From Oceaniferula sp. (lineage in GTDB: Bacteria; Verrucomicrobiota; Verrucomicrobiia; Verrucomicrobiales; Akkermansiaceae): a DNA stretch of 34,604 nt. Under the pieces are notes generated by a model. It worked only from the letters and a program-made list of their open reading frames with translations, had not been told where the DNA came from and searched no databases. The stretch is from contig CBFHKM010000004.1 of NCBI GenBank assembly GCA_965656385.1, positions 1-34,604 of the forward strand, given 5' to 3'. How positions within the stretch are numbered: the first letter of the stretch is position 1; each line of letters begins with the position of its first letter. The position numbers and the translations under genes are program-made. Below are positions 10,485 through 21,371 of this stretch, in pieces.

Positions 10485-11501
10485 ATGTCTGATATACAAT
10501 CAATAGAAAATAAGCTTTCGGAGCTGATCCCCTCATCTGTGAGCCAGCAGGGCTTGAACCAAATGGACGTCGTCATAGATCGGCTATCTCAAGAAGGGGG
10601 GGCTAACGATTTTGATGATGCATGTGATGGGCATGCTGTCGATTCTGCGGTGAGCTGGTATCATTTAAGTCAATGGCGTATCGCTGCAGTATTAGCTTTA
10701 ATGGTGGTTAGTTCGGTTAGTTTAGCAACTAAGATAGGATTGTTAGAGGTTTCTCTCAGGCCGTTGTCAGCAGTGCCAGCTAAGGTCGCTCCAGTTAAAC
10801 AACCGAAGGCGCCACAAATTACCAAGGCTGTGGTTAGCTCAATCAAGATGGGCAGAGATTCCCTTGAGCAGAGCAAGGACTCGAAAGAGGTAAATGAAAT
10901 CGAGCTCACCGAGCATGGAATGGTTGTCGAGAAATTAGATGAAGCTCATTATGCCGACTTACCTGAGGTTCGACAAGGTAGTGGACTCTTACTCAAGGAA
11001 CTCGACCAAGCGGGAGCCGCTGAGGCTGCTGGTTTGGAACCACTGGACATTATCAGTAAGGTCGATGATCAATGGGTCGTTAATGGTCAGCAGCTCAATA
11101 CTTTGTTATCAATGCCACACAATAAAGGTCAAGTTTCTGTGACATATTACAGAGACGGAAAAAAGAAAGATGCCGTCATGTTTGTGGAGAGTGTGACTGC
11201 GAATGTACACAGGGCGTATGATAGAGATTTGTCAGCCTCCATCGGCGACGGTAAGAGCACGGCGACGCTCTCTTTCAGAGAAGGTAAGCCATGGCTCCGT
11301 GTTGAATCCGCCAAGGGTGTTGAAACATACAATGGCTATATCAGTAAGGATGAGGATATTGCCAAAGTGCCGACTGTTTGGCGTGATAGTATCAGCATAC
11401 TTAAGGATTCTATTAAAAAATCATCAGAAAATCGCCAAAGATACAGGCAGCGATATGTTCCCAAGGCTAAGAATGGTTTTGCCGACAGCTTCAAACAATG
11501 A
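10485..11501 (+). CDS. Membrane-anchored PDZ-domain protein, probable anti-sigma factor
   Basis: 1 nt after the ECF sigma stop; short cytoplasmic N-terminus, TM (WRIAAVLALMVV), PDZ pattern (GLLLKEL...AAEAAGLEPLDIISKVDD...VTYYRDGK). Confidence 0.7.
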   Translation: MSDIQSIENKLSELIPSSVSQQGLNQMDVVIDRLSQEGGANDFDDACDGHAVDSAVSWYHLSQWRIAAVLALMVVSSVSLATKIGLLEVSLRPLSAVPAKVAPVKQPKAPQITKAVVSSIKMGRDSLEQSKDSKEVNEIELTEHGMVVEKLDEAHYADLPEVRQGSGLLLKELDQAGAAEAAGLEPLDIISKVDDQWVVNGQQLNTLLSMPHNKGQVSVTYYRDGKKKDAVMFVESVTANVHRAYDRDLSASIGDGKSTATLSFREGKPWLRVESAKGVETYNGYISKDEDIAKVPTVWRDSISILKDSIKKSSENRQRYRQRYVPKAKNGFADSFKQ

Positions 11502-11600
11502 TTCTAGAAGCATAGTTAGCATTTGTGATGAGCGTTAGTTGAGTGCGGATGGTGCAAGAATTAGGTTGCTATTTGTCGATCCATTTTTAATGGTGGGGGC

Positions 11601-13433
11601 ATGCACCCAGATGTAGCGAAGCTTGTTGAGGCGGGACGTATCCCGCAGCCCGTTGGCGAAAGATTATCTGAAATTTCACCAGGAAATTTCTGTACACATA
11701 AGAATTGGGGAGCTGGCAAGGTGAAGAGCTGGGATTTGTCTCGAGCTAAGGTAGTTATTGATTTTGAAAAGCAGCCAGATCAAGAGATGGCGCTGCAGTT
11801 TGCGATTCAAAAAACTGAGCCGCTTGACGCTGAGCATTTCAGTGCACGCAAGCTTGAAAACATTGATGAATTGAGAGACCTGGTCAAAAATGATCCTGCT
11901 GAATTAGTAAAGCGCACACTTGTCAGTCATGGTGGTAGCATGATGTTAGACCAGCTCGATCGGGAGTTGAGCGGCAGTGTGGTTCCAACCGAAGAATATA
12001 AGAAGTGGTGGGACAAGGCGAAAAAGGCAATGCGTGAAAGCCACGTTTTCTCAGTTCCAAGTAAACGCACAGACCCACTTGTATTACGTGCGGAGTCAGC
12101 AAGCCCAGCGGCAATGTTGATTGCTGATTTCACCGATACTCGTGATCCCAAGGCGAAGGTTAAAGCGCTTGAAAATATCCGCAAAAATCTTTCTGTATTC
12201 AAAGAAGACGATTCTCCGTTAGTCACCTTGATTGAGGATATCAACAGCTTTTGTTCAAAGGGACGTAAACTTCACCTAACTCTGGTCCTTGAGTTTCTCG
12301 TAGCTCGTGATGAGATCATTGATCAGTTTGACAGTATTGACTTAGCTGACAGTGATTTGCGCCTTGCTGATGTTCTGACAACAGAGGAAGAGCGTTTGGT
12401 TGAAAATTTGAAAGGCCGATCTGCAGCCACACAACGTAGTATTTTCCAGAGTTTTCCAGATGCATTTGGAGATACATGGGTCGAAAAACTTCTTGCTGTT
12501 TTTGATGCTGTCGGCTCCCGGGGAGTAACCGAAATTGCTAAATACCTGCAGGAAAGTGGTGCAGACGAGCAATTTGAAGACCACTTGAAGAAAGCAATTG
12601 CTAATCGTAGCCTTGGTCCAGACGCTTTGATTTGGATTTGTCGAGAGCGAGAGAAATCAGCGGCAGTTGTGTTTTCTTTTGAGACCGGCAACTCAATTCT
12701 TAATCTTCTAGACAGAGATCATGTATCCGATGGGCCAAGCAAGAGCGCAAGACTGCGCACCTTATTGATGAACGATAAGACGCTGATTGCAGATTTGCTC
12801 ACAGATGCTGAGGAGGCAGAGGCGAGGCAGTTTGGCCGCAAGTTATACAACAGTCCAGTTTTCACAGACCTAGACCGTAAGTCTCTGATGGCCCGGGTAA
12901 TCAAGGCATGTCCAGCAACTCAAGACTTAGTGACTGGCGAGTTCGAGAAAAAAGTGGAGGGTGTGATCTCCTCACACAAAAGCATCGAAAAACGCAAAAA
13001 GGATCTTGATGAAGTTATCAAAGTCAAAATTCCTGAAAACACTAAAGAAATCGCAGTTGCTAGATCTTATGGCGACCTTCGTGAGAATTTCGAATTCAAA
13101 GCAGCCAAGCAAATGCAGGCTGTCTTGATGCGCCGAAAGTCTCAGCTTGAGAAAGAGTTGGTGCATGTGCAGGCAACTGATTTTAAAAATGCAGATACAT
13201 CACAAGTTAATATAGGCACGGTAGCCAAACTTGAGGATGATAATGGTAATGCTGTCACCTACACCATACTTGGTGCATGGGACTCGATTCCAGAGGACAA
13301 CATAGTTTCATACCTATCTGACATAGGGATGACCTTAGTAGGAGCAAAAGAGGGGGATCGTCTCGAAGTGCGTGATATGGAAACAGAGAAAAATCGCTTT
13401 CTAACCATTAAAAGTATCACTCCATACTGCTAA
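11601..13433 (+). CDS. greA: Transcription elongation factor GreA with long N-terminal extension
   Basis: C-terminal Gre domain (IPENTKEIAVARSYGDLRENFEFKAAK, VNIGT, YTILGAWDS, SYLS); ~450-aa extension as in PVC/chlamydial GreA. Confidence 0.88.
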   Translation: MHPDVAKLVEAGRIPQPVGERLSEISPGNFCTHKNWGAGKVKSWDLSRAKVVIDFEKQPDQEMALQFAIQKTEPLDAEHFSARKLENIDELRDLVKNDPAELVKRTLVSHGGSMMLDQLDRELSGSVVPTEEYKKWWDKAKKAMRESHVFSVPSKRTDPLVLRAESASPAAMLIADFTDTRDPKAKVKALENIRKNLSVFKEDDSPLVTLIEDINSFCSKGRKLHLTLVLEFLVARDEIIDQFDSIDLADSDLRLADVLTTEEERLVENLKGRSAATQRSIFQSFPDAFGDTWVEKLLAVFDAVGSRGVTEIAKYLQESGADEQFEDHLKKAIANRSLGPDALIWICREREKSAAVVFSFETGNSILNLLDRDHVSDGPSKSARLRTLLMNDKTLIADLLTDAEEAEARQFGRKLYNSPVFTDLDRKSLMARVIKACPATQDLVTGEFEKKVEGVISSHKSIEKRKKDLDEVIKVKIPENTKEIAVARSYGDLRENFEFKAAKQMQAVLMRRKSQLEKELVHVQATDFKNADTSQVNIGTVAKLEDDNGNAVTYTILGAWDSIPEDNIVSYLSDIGMTLVGAKEGDRLEVRDMETEKNRFLTIKSITPYC

Positions 13434-14744
<1,311 letters not shown>

Positions 14745-14782
14745 CCAGCAGAGCATTCTACGTATATTGCCCAATACATTTC

Positions 14783-14815
14783 AGACCTTCGCTTGAATAG
14801 GCGAAGGTCTTTTTT
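14783..14815 (+). terminator. Rho-independent terminator after eno
   Basis: AGACCTTCGC / GCGAAGGTCT 10-bp stem followed by a T-run. Confidence 0.9.
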
Positions 14816-14856
14816 GTAATGATATGTAGCGTGAAATAGTGGGTAGGCTGTCGTAA

Positions 14857-15306
14857 TTAAAAGCCGATCATTGCTACGATTTCATCACGCGTGTATATCG
14901 ATGGGTCTTCGGCAGCAGCATTGAGACTTTCTTCGATGATGAAATCGTTAAGCGTTGCTGTGGCTGAGCTTTCTGAAATTGTGTCGAATGGTTGATTGGT
15001 AGTGTGAGAAGAGCCGACTGAATCGTTACTTATTGATTCCTGATTCGGCCAAACTAAAAAGGCGGTGACGATTACTAAGCCCAAACAAACAGCTTTAGTA
15101 ACTTGTTGTGTTGTGAAGAGGGATTTGAAGCGATGGCCAAGGGTAGGTGAAGCAACAGCTTGAAGTCGAGCTGCTCTGAGCGTATTGCGTGCAAAAAAGG
15201 CACTAGGCTCTTTGGTGGTTGCTCTTTCCAGTAGCTGCCACAGAGGATCTTGGTGCTCATCTGGAGATACTGCATCATCTTTATGTTCTGAAGGCATGGA
15301 AGGCAT
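14857..15306 (-). CDS. Hypothetical single-pass membrane protein
   Basis: DPLWQLL...EPSAFFARNTLRAAR N-terminal helix, then TM. Start moved to 15306 (or 15297) to remove the overlap with queE. Confidence 0.65.
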   Translation of the reverse strand: MPSMPSEHKDDAVSPDEHQDPLWQLLERATTKEPSAFFARNTLRAARLQAVASPTLGHRFKSLFTTQQVTKAVCLGLVIVTAFLVWPNQESISNDSVGSSHTTNQPFDTISESSATATLNDFIIEESLNAAAEDPSIYTRDEIVAMIGF

Positions 15307-15361
15307 TATGTAGTTTAAACCGCTGCAGTGGCGAGTAGTTGCATCTAATTTATGAAAAAAA

Positions 15362-16138
15362 TCAAACCCCGCGCTTACTACCCCAGAGCTGAATGTGAAG
15401 CCGGTCGCTGAAGCGCAATCCTTGATCACGGCATATTTCAGCAAGCCAAGTGCGCCGATGCATAAGAGTGGCGTCATCTCTTCCCTCTGGCATTAAAAGA
15501 ACTCGGTTCTGAGGCAGGTGGTGATCTGCGATGAGCTGATTTACCTCAGCCAGATCGGCTTCTGAGGAAATGACGAATTTGAACCAAGCTTTCTTAGATC
15601 CGACAAAATGAGCTAGTGATTGACCGTTGATGCGTGAGCTTGAAGTATTTCCTGAATTAGCCAACTTAGGTGATACATTATATTGGTGAATCATGGCATC
15701 TAGTCTCATGCTTGGAGCTAGTGTGCCATTGGTTTCCACTTCAAATCGATAGTCGGAATTTATATTCGTTAGATGCTCAATGACAGATTGCCACGCCGTA
15801 TCTTGAAGAAGCGGCTCACCACCAGTAATGATGATGTTGTGACAGGGTAGGGCAGCTATTTTTTCAGCCACTTCACGGGTATCTAGCTCGATAAGGTAAT
15901 CTTTTTTTTTGAATTTTTGGTAATTTGAATCTGAGTCCTTTTCGTGTTTCCAAGGTGTGTTTTCCCAATTCCACGTATAATCTGTATCACACCACACGCA
16001 GTGCAGGTTACATAGTGAGGCTCTGACGAAAATAGATGGCACGCCCATGCTAATTCCTTCGCCTTGAATACTGTGGAATATCTCAGCCTGACCGTCCAGG
16101 CAGGCTAGTTTGATTGTATTCTGGGATATTGTTTCCAT
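15362..16138 (-). CDS. queE: 7-carboxy-7-deazaguanine synthase (radical SAM)
   Basis: EIFHSIQGEG, CNLHCVWCDT (CxxxCxxC), ITGGEPLLQ, VETNGT, VSPKL, RLHIQLWG. Likely start at METISQ. Confidence 0.92.
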   Translation of the reverse strand: METISQNTIKLACLDGQAEIFHSIQGEGISMGVPSIFVRASLCNLHCVWCDTDYTWNWENTPWKHEKDSDSNYQKFKKKDYLIELDTREVAEKIAALPCHNIIITGGEPLLQDTAWQSVIEHLTNINSDYRFEVETNGTLAPSMRLDAMIHQYNVSPKLANSGNTSSSRINGQSLAHFVGSKKAWFKFVISSEADLAEVNQLIADHHLPQNRVLLMPEGRDDATLMHRRTWLAEICRDQGLRFSDRLHIQLWGSKRGV

Positions 16139-16236
16139 TTGGCGTGGTAGGGTGGTCGATGTGTGTAGCTGACAGGCTTGAATGCGTGTGATGACAATGC
16201 GTGATGCTAGATCTATTCTAATGAGGGGCAAGTAAT

Positions 16237-16265
16237 TTGATAGCCCTTCAGTGCTCGCTTATGCT
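16237..16265 (+). promoter_or_regulatory. Putative sigma-70 promoter
   Basis: TTGATA-17 nt-TATGCT ending 11 nt before the ATG at 16277. Confidence 0.5.
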
Positions 16266-16276
16266 ATGAAAAGGGC

Positions 16277-16804
16277 ATGAGCATTATAACGCGCAGAGGG
16301 GATGATGGCCAAACCGATCTTATGTATGGTGGTCGTATATCCAAGGTTTCGGCCGAGGTAGTCGCATGTGGTACAGTGGATGAGTTAACCTCGTCACTGG
16401 GCTTGGTGCGTGTTTCTGGTGTTTCTGAGGAAATATCTGGTCAGATTGATACTATTCAAGGGCACCTGGTAGCTCTGATGGGTTTGCTGTCGGTGCCCGC
16501 AGTCAATCGTGACAAGTATTTGGCTGATGGTTATCCTACCGTTGATCAAGCGGATGTCGACTGGCTTGAGTCTGTTGCTGTAGATATGCCAACAGAATTT
16601 ACTGGATGGGCTAGGCCTGGTGCCAGTGGCCACGTTGGAGCGGCACATATGGATGTTGCTCGCACGGTATGCAGGCGTGCTGAGCTTTCGGCTTGGGCAC
16701 TTGGAGGCGAGAGCCCAGTCCTGGCTTGTCGTTATCTAAACCGGTTGTCAGATATTCTCTGGCTATGGGCGCGGAAGCTTGAGGGTGAAGATGGTGCAAA
16801 TTAG
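16277..16804 (+). CDS. pduO: PduO-type ATP:cob(I)alamin adenosyltransferase
   Basis: SIITRRGDDGQT, GTVDEL.S.LG, ARTVCRRAE, YLNRLSD.LW.WAR. Confidence 0.9.
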   Translation: MSIITRRGDDGQTDLMYGGRISKVSAEVVACGTVDELTSSLGLVRVSGVSEEISGQIDTIQGHLVALMGLLSVPAVNRDKYLADGYPTVDQADVDWLESVAVDMPTEFTGWARPGASGHVGAAHMDVARTVCRRAELSAWALGGESPVLACRYLNRLSDILWLWARKLEGEDGAN

Positions 16805-16816
16805 CTCTTGGGCGGG

Positions 16817-18112
16817 TTAGTTCGTCGTAGGGGTCATCACATAGAGGCCTTGAGTTACATCATAGGCGTCATCAGCATCCATGGTCTTGAAGTTGTGTCC
16901 CGCTCCCCAAGAGTCGGTGAAGACGATTTTATTTTCCACTATATTGTATCCATGAATTATTCTCATGTGACCACCAGATGTTTGCGGGTTTATCCTAGGG
17001 TTCTCGGGCTTCAGGCCAAGTTGCATAGACCAAAGTAGGGGGATACCCTTTTTAATATTGGTGGTGATAAATTTGTCATAGGATCTACGAGGTATTTCTT
17101 TACCGACATACTTGTCGTCTTTGAGCTCTACCATTTTGCCCTGGTGCGATACGGCTAAGCATTTGAATCTCGTTTTAAACAAGTAGTCGATGCGCCCCAG
17201 TTGCTGATTAATGTAGAGGCTGTTTGTGCCTTTGTCGGGGTCTGATTGAGCAAGTTGAGCAAGTTGGTGCATGTCACATGCAATACCGTAATATTCGAAG
17301 AGGCGCTGAGCGGATGCGACTACGCAATACCCTTTGTTTCCCTGATCGACCATGGGGAGTCCTGAGATGGATACGTAACCATCATTTTCTCGCACGTTGG
17401 CGGCTAACCGTGATTTTCGCACAGTCGCTTGAGATCTCTCCTTGAGGGCGGCTTCATAGATCCCTTTAGCGTCTTTTCTCGCGAGTCGCATTCGAATAAA
17501 TTCCTTTGTTTTGGGGTTGTTGTGGTCTTCAACGTCAGGATTGCATAGCAGAACAGCCTTACCCCGCGCAGATGACCAAGTGTAGCCATCTGTCATAATA
17601 CCTTTTCTGATGTTGCCTTTGCGCTTACGGGGGCGAGTTTGTAGCTGTATACCGAGATGTTTCCCGGTTTCAACAAAACGTCGAGTAAACTCAGTATCGC
17701 TGATCTCGCCACCATCGCCGCGGTTGAAAAGAGATATGGTCACGCCGAGGAACTTGCCGTTATCAAAATCAACGATGAGCTCATCCAACGGAATGTTCCC
17801 GTCAAGAATGGTCAGGTTGACTGTGATGTTAGCTGCCGGGGAACGCTTGAAGATTGCACGATTCTTGCTTTCGCTGAGCCATTGGAAATAGGGGTTATTG
17901 TTAAATTGCTTGTTATTGAACTCCTTTTCGAGATCTTCAGGGGTGATTTTGTATGCACCAGGAAGATTGACAAGAGAGTCAAGATTCGCTGAGAGTTCAA
18001 ATCTCTGAGCATCTGCAGACACTGCTAGAAACAAAATAGATATGATGCATACACCTGAGCTTATGCGACGGCGCAATATGTCGTATAGCTTGATGTGGAT
18101 TTGAGTTTTCAT
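16817..18112 (-). CDS. Secreted protein with C-terminal papain-fold (C39-like) cysteine peptidase domain
   Basis: Signal-like N-terminus; DQGNKGYCVVAS (Gln/Cys), GGHMRIIHGY (His), TDSWG (Asp). Confidence 0.72.
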   Translation of the reverse strand: MKTQIHIKLYDILRRRISSGVCIISILFLAVSADAQRFELSANLDSLVNLPGAYKITPEDLEKEFNNKQFNNNPYFQWLSESKNRAIFKRSPAANITVNLTILDGNIPLDELIVDFDNGKFLGVTISLFNRGDGGEISDTEFTRRFVETGKHLGIQLQTRPRKRKGNIRKGIMTDGYTWSSARGKAVLLCNPDVEDHNNPKTKEFIRMRLARKDAKGIYEAALKERSQATVRKSRLAANVRENDGYVSISGLPMVDQGNKGYCVVASAQRLFEYYGIACDMHQLAQLAQSDPDKGTNSLYINQQLGRIDYLFKTRFKCLAVSHQGKMVELKDDKYVGKEIPRRSYDKFITTNIKKGIPLLWSMQLGLKPENPRINPQTSGGHMRIIHGYNIVENKIVFTDSWGAGHNFKTMDADDAYDVTQGLYVMTPTTN

Positions 18113-18145
18113 TTTGTATTACACCTGGTCTGGCATCTTGATTTT

Positions 18146-19696
18146 CTACTCTCTAGACAAAGCAGGGATGCCTCTTTTCAGTAATTCGGCATCGACAGTA
18201 TCGGATAATTTAGCGTCGAGATAAATTGTTATGGGAGGGCCTTTCGCAAATTCAATAGTATGTAGACCATCTGCTCCTGCTTGCTTGAATGCATTAATTA
18301 GTGAGGAAATATCGGCAACAGTGTGTCCGTTTACTTTATTAATGATGAAGTTACGTAAACGCTCGTAGCCTGTTGTGGCAGGGGTAGGAATGACAGCACT
18401 GAGAAACACAATTTTGTTGCGATCTTGTTCGTAATCTTCAGGAGTCATCATGATATCTAAAAGATTAAGTGGCGCTTTGCTCTGCCATTCTTTACCGAAT
18501 GCTTTTAGGTATGTTGCTGTAAGTTCTTGAAAAATGAGGCCACCTTTCAGCAAGTAGAGCGGAGCTTGATCATAACTGTATCGGGTAACAAGTGGCTCCT
18601 CTGGTCGGGTTAGGGTGGCGGTTATCTGCTTCTGTTCACCGTCACGCAAAATAGTCAGATCTACGATGTCACCTTGCTTAAGTGAACCTCTGATGAGGTG
18701 GCTCCAGTAAAGCTGCCCATATTGATCGTCACTATAATAACCTCGTCGTCCAATGGCTTTGTCGTTGATGTTGATGATAACATCACCTTTTTTGAGACCC
18801 GCTTTTTGTGCCGCGCTATCTTTGCGGATTTTCGTTATGTATAGGCCACCCAGATCGTCTGAGAGTTTCAGCCAATCTCGAAAGCTCGGATCAACGGTAC
18901 TGGTAATACCGATGCCTAGGGAGGGAAATCCAACGTAATCACCGTCTGAGGTGTCAGCAATGAAGGCCTGAACGATTTCGGGGGCGATGATGTCGACAAT
19001 TTGATCCTTGGAATCGTAACTACTTAATAAACCAAGTAGCTTGCCGTTACGAATGACTGGAACGGTAAAGCTGTTCGAGGCGCTCTGCATAGAGCCTTTT
19101 GCTTCATAAGTGAGAAAGAAATGACCATTAGCAAAGCTTGAGACAATATCAACGCTCTGAATGACTGCATCGGTTACGATGGGCATGCCATTGTCCTCAA
19201 GTTGCCACACGTCGACTCGGTCGCCAATCTTTGCGGAAGAACCAAGACTAAGTGGCTTGAGGTCTTTAAAAAAAGAATCGGCATCACCATTGTCTGGCTC
19301 AAGCAGAGCGAGGTTGGCCTCGTAGTCGATCGCCACAACCTTTGCAGGAATTATGCGAGTGTTATCAGCATTTTCCAATTCTATGTAAGTTGCATCAGCT
19401 GCCATTTCAGCGGTTGTGAGAACACGGTTACCTGACAATACGGCCCCCAGAGCTCTTCGCTTCTTGGGTGCTGATTTGTCCCAGGGCTGAGATGCGCTCC
19501 AGACTTGGATGGTAGAATTGATTCGAACCAGAGATTGCCTAATCGCAGATTTTTCTGAACTTTCTTTTTCAACACTCGATTGTAGCTTCGACTCATGTGA
19601 GCTTTGTTTCTCGTGGCAAGAATCCTCGTCGTAGCAGCTCGTTAAAACAAAGAGGAGCGATGAACAGAGGGCGTAAAAGCTGTATTTTTGATTCAT
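18146..19696 (-). CDS. Deg/HtrA-family trypsin+PDZ protein, probably catalytically inactive lipoprotein
   Basis: Lipobox-like VLTSC; collinear with the neighbouring protease, but LTTAEM replaces LTNAHV, EANLALL replaces DCDLALL and ASNSFTVP replaces PGNSGGP. Confidence 0.78.
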   Translation of the reverse strand: MNQKYSFYALCSSLLFVLTSCYDEDSCHEKQSSHESKLQSSVEKESSEKSAIRQSLVRINSTIQVWSASQPWDKSAPKKRRALGAVLSGNRVLTTAEMAADATYIELENADNTRIIPAKVVAIDYEANLALLEPDNGDADSFFKDLKPLSLGSSAKIGDRVDVWQLEDNGMPIVTDAVIQSVDIVSSFANGHFFLTYEAKGSMQSASNSFTVPVIRNGKLLGLLSSYDSKDQIVDIIAPEIVQAFIADTSDGDYVGFPSLGIGITSTVDPSFRDWLKLSDDLGGLYITKIRKDSAAQKAGLKKGDVIININDKAIGRRGYYSDDQYGQLYWSHLIRGSLKQGDIVDLTILRDGEQKQITATLTRPEEPLVTRYSYDQAPLYLLKGGLIFQELTATYLKAFGKEWQSKAPLNLLDIMMTPEDYEQDRNKIVFLSAVIPTPATTGYERLRNFIINKVNGHTVADISSLINAFKQAGADGLHTIEFAKGPPITIYLDAKLSDTVDAELLKRGIPALSRE

Positions 19697-19719
19697 AACA
19701 ATAAGGTAAATATGTAAGT

Positions 19720-21243
19720 TTAATGGTCGAGGTTAGCTGGACTGGTGATGCCGTAGCTGCTTTGGGTGCGTTGGCTCGCCTCCTCCGCAGTGTTGCCAGG
19801 AATAATGATGGGTCTCTCGATCCCTTCACAGCGAATGACAAAGAATTCAGGAAGCTCTTCTGGGTGGAGTAGATCGTGAGCATGCTCGAGAGAGCTAACC
19901 TTGACTCCATTGATCGATTTGATGGCTTTGCCAACGTGCCCATTAAGATGTGTGTTGATGGGATCACTTAATACACGAGTTAGTATAACGATGTCTTTAC
20001 GCTCTTTGAATATAGCCTCATCAAGATAGTGACTGAATAAACGCCTTACTCTAGTGTTGGTTAGGTTTTGTGCGGAATATAGGTTGCGATCTAGCGGCTG
20101 AATTACGAGGCCTGCGAAAGTTGTGTAACGCGGTTTGACATCATATTGAACAGCATACATTTGACTTGGCGGAAATGGCTTCAAAGTGCACGTGACATCC
20201 ATAGATTTTCCATCACGGATTACACTCAGAGTTACTTTATCTCCTGAAAATTTTCTCTCCACAATTTCATTCATGTTTACTTTTTCACCATCAATGAGAA
20301 TGTTTCCGGCGGCATCAACATCGTTGCGATTGATCGCTGTGAGGATATCATTTTTTTGCAGCACACCATCGCAAGGCCCATCTGGCGTGACGGCAGCAAC
20401 TAACACGCCAGGTGAAGTTGGGCTGAGTCCGAACTTCTTTTGCATCGCGGGATTAAACATCGGAAAATCAGAGATGCCTAAATCCACATATTTGTCATAG
20501 CTGCCATCTTTAATATCTGTGAGGAAACGTCTTACCACAGGTGTTGGAATCATGTAGCCTGTGTTGTCTGCTGAACGAAGACCTTGGAAGGCAACGCCGA
20601 CTACTTTGCCATCTTGTAATACTGGGCCTCCAGAGTTCCCTGGGTTGATGGCTGCATCAATTTGCACCACAAGGTGCTGGTCCGATCTAGAGTGGCTATA
20701 GGTATTGAAGTCGATGCGGGATACCACTCCGCGTGTCACTGAAATACGGTTGCCTCCCACAGGATAACCAATGACACGAACCTGGCTTTCAAGCTTAGGC
20801 ACGCCTCCTATCTGGAAGTGATGCAAGCCTGCGAAGGGGGTGAAGTCATCAACTTCGAGTAGAGCAAGGTCGCAGTCGTGCGCAATGTGGAGAATCTTGG
20901 CTGGGTGTTTTCGTGCTGCACCATGCATCGTAATTAACAGGCGGCGCGCGTTAGAAACCACGTGGGCATTGGTTAAAAATAAATTGGGCCCGATCAGAAA
21001 GCCTGTGCCGATGCCGCCACTGAAGCGCCCGGCTTTCCATGGCTCGCGGTAGTTTGGAACTTGTGTTGCTACCTCTATTCGAACAACGGACCTGTATGTT
21101 TCTTGAGGCAGGGACCCTGTGGAACTTGGCTGGAGAGGAGCGAGAGGATTGCTGGCTGTCTGTTGGGCGCCGGCAGTCTGCAGAGTTAATAAAAGGAGAA
21201 AGGCCATTTTCAAAGGCAAGGATCTCATCAATGTATTTATCAT
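19720..21243 (-). CDS. Deg/HtrA-family serine protease (trypsin + PDZ, plant Deg2/Deg9-like architecture)
   Basis: Signal peptide; intact triad motifs LTNAHVV, DCDLALL, QIDAAINPGNSGGP; SVTRGVVSRID; PDZ-like C-terminal half. Confidence 0.92.
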   Translation of the reverse strand: MINTLMRSLPLKMAFLLLLTLQTAGAQQTASNPLAPLQPSSTGSLPQETYRSVVRIEVATQVPNYREPWKAGRFSGGIGTGFLIGPNLFLTNAHVVSNARRLLITMHGAARKHPAKILHIAHDCDLALLEVDDFTPFAGLHHFQIGGVPKLESQVRVIGYPVGGNRISVTRGVVSRIDFNTYSHSRSDQHLVVQIDAAINPGNSGGPVLQDGKVVGVAFQGLRSADNTGYMIPTPVVRRFLTDIKDGSYDKYVDLGISDFPMFNPAMQKKFGLSPTSPGVLVAAVTPDGPCDGVLQKNDILTAINRNDVDAAGNILIDGEKVNMNEIVERKFSGDKVTLSVIRDGKSMDVTCTLKPFPPSQMYAVQYDVKPRYTTFAGLVIQPLDRNLYSAQNLTNTRVRRLFSHYLDEAIFKERKDIVILTRVLSDPINTHLNGHVGKAIKSINGVKVSSLEHAHDLLHPEELPEFFVIRCEGIERPIIIPGNTAEEASQRTQSSYGITSPANLDH

Positions 21244-21336
21244 AGATGTAATCTAAGCTTATTTTGCATGATGGAAAGCGGTAATCGAGGTGGCTAGATA
21301 TTTATATCGTCATTGATAGTCTTTGTTAAGGGGTCG

Positions 21337-21366
21337 TTGACAGGTTTTGACCTGAGACGCTACTCT
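21337..21366 (+). promoter_or_regulatory. Putative sigma-70 promoter (leaderless arrangement)
   Basis: TTGACA-18 nt-TACTCT ending 5 nt before the ATG at 21372. Confidence 0.55.
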
Positions 21367-21371
21367 ATGTC

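Noticed and set aside
11601-13433. 610-aa GreA as a novel fusion
   Set aside because: Long N-terminally extended GreA proteins are already known from Chlamydiae and related lineages.
15307-15477. N-terminal extension of the 14857-15477 ORF overlapping queE
   Set aside because: It overlaps the conserved queE C-terminus by over 100 nt; a downstream ATG gives a non-overlapping gene.
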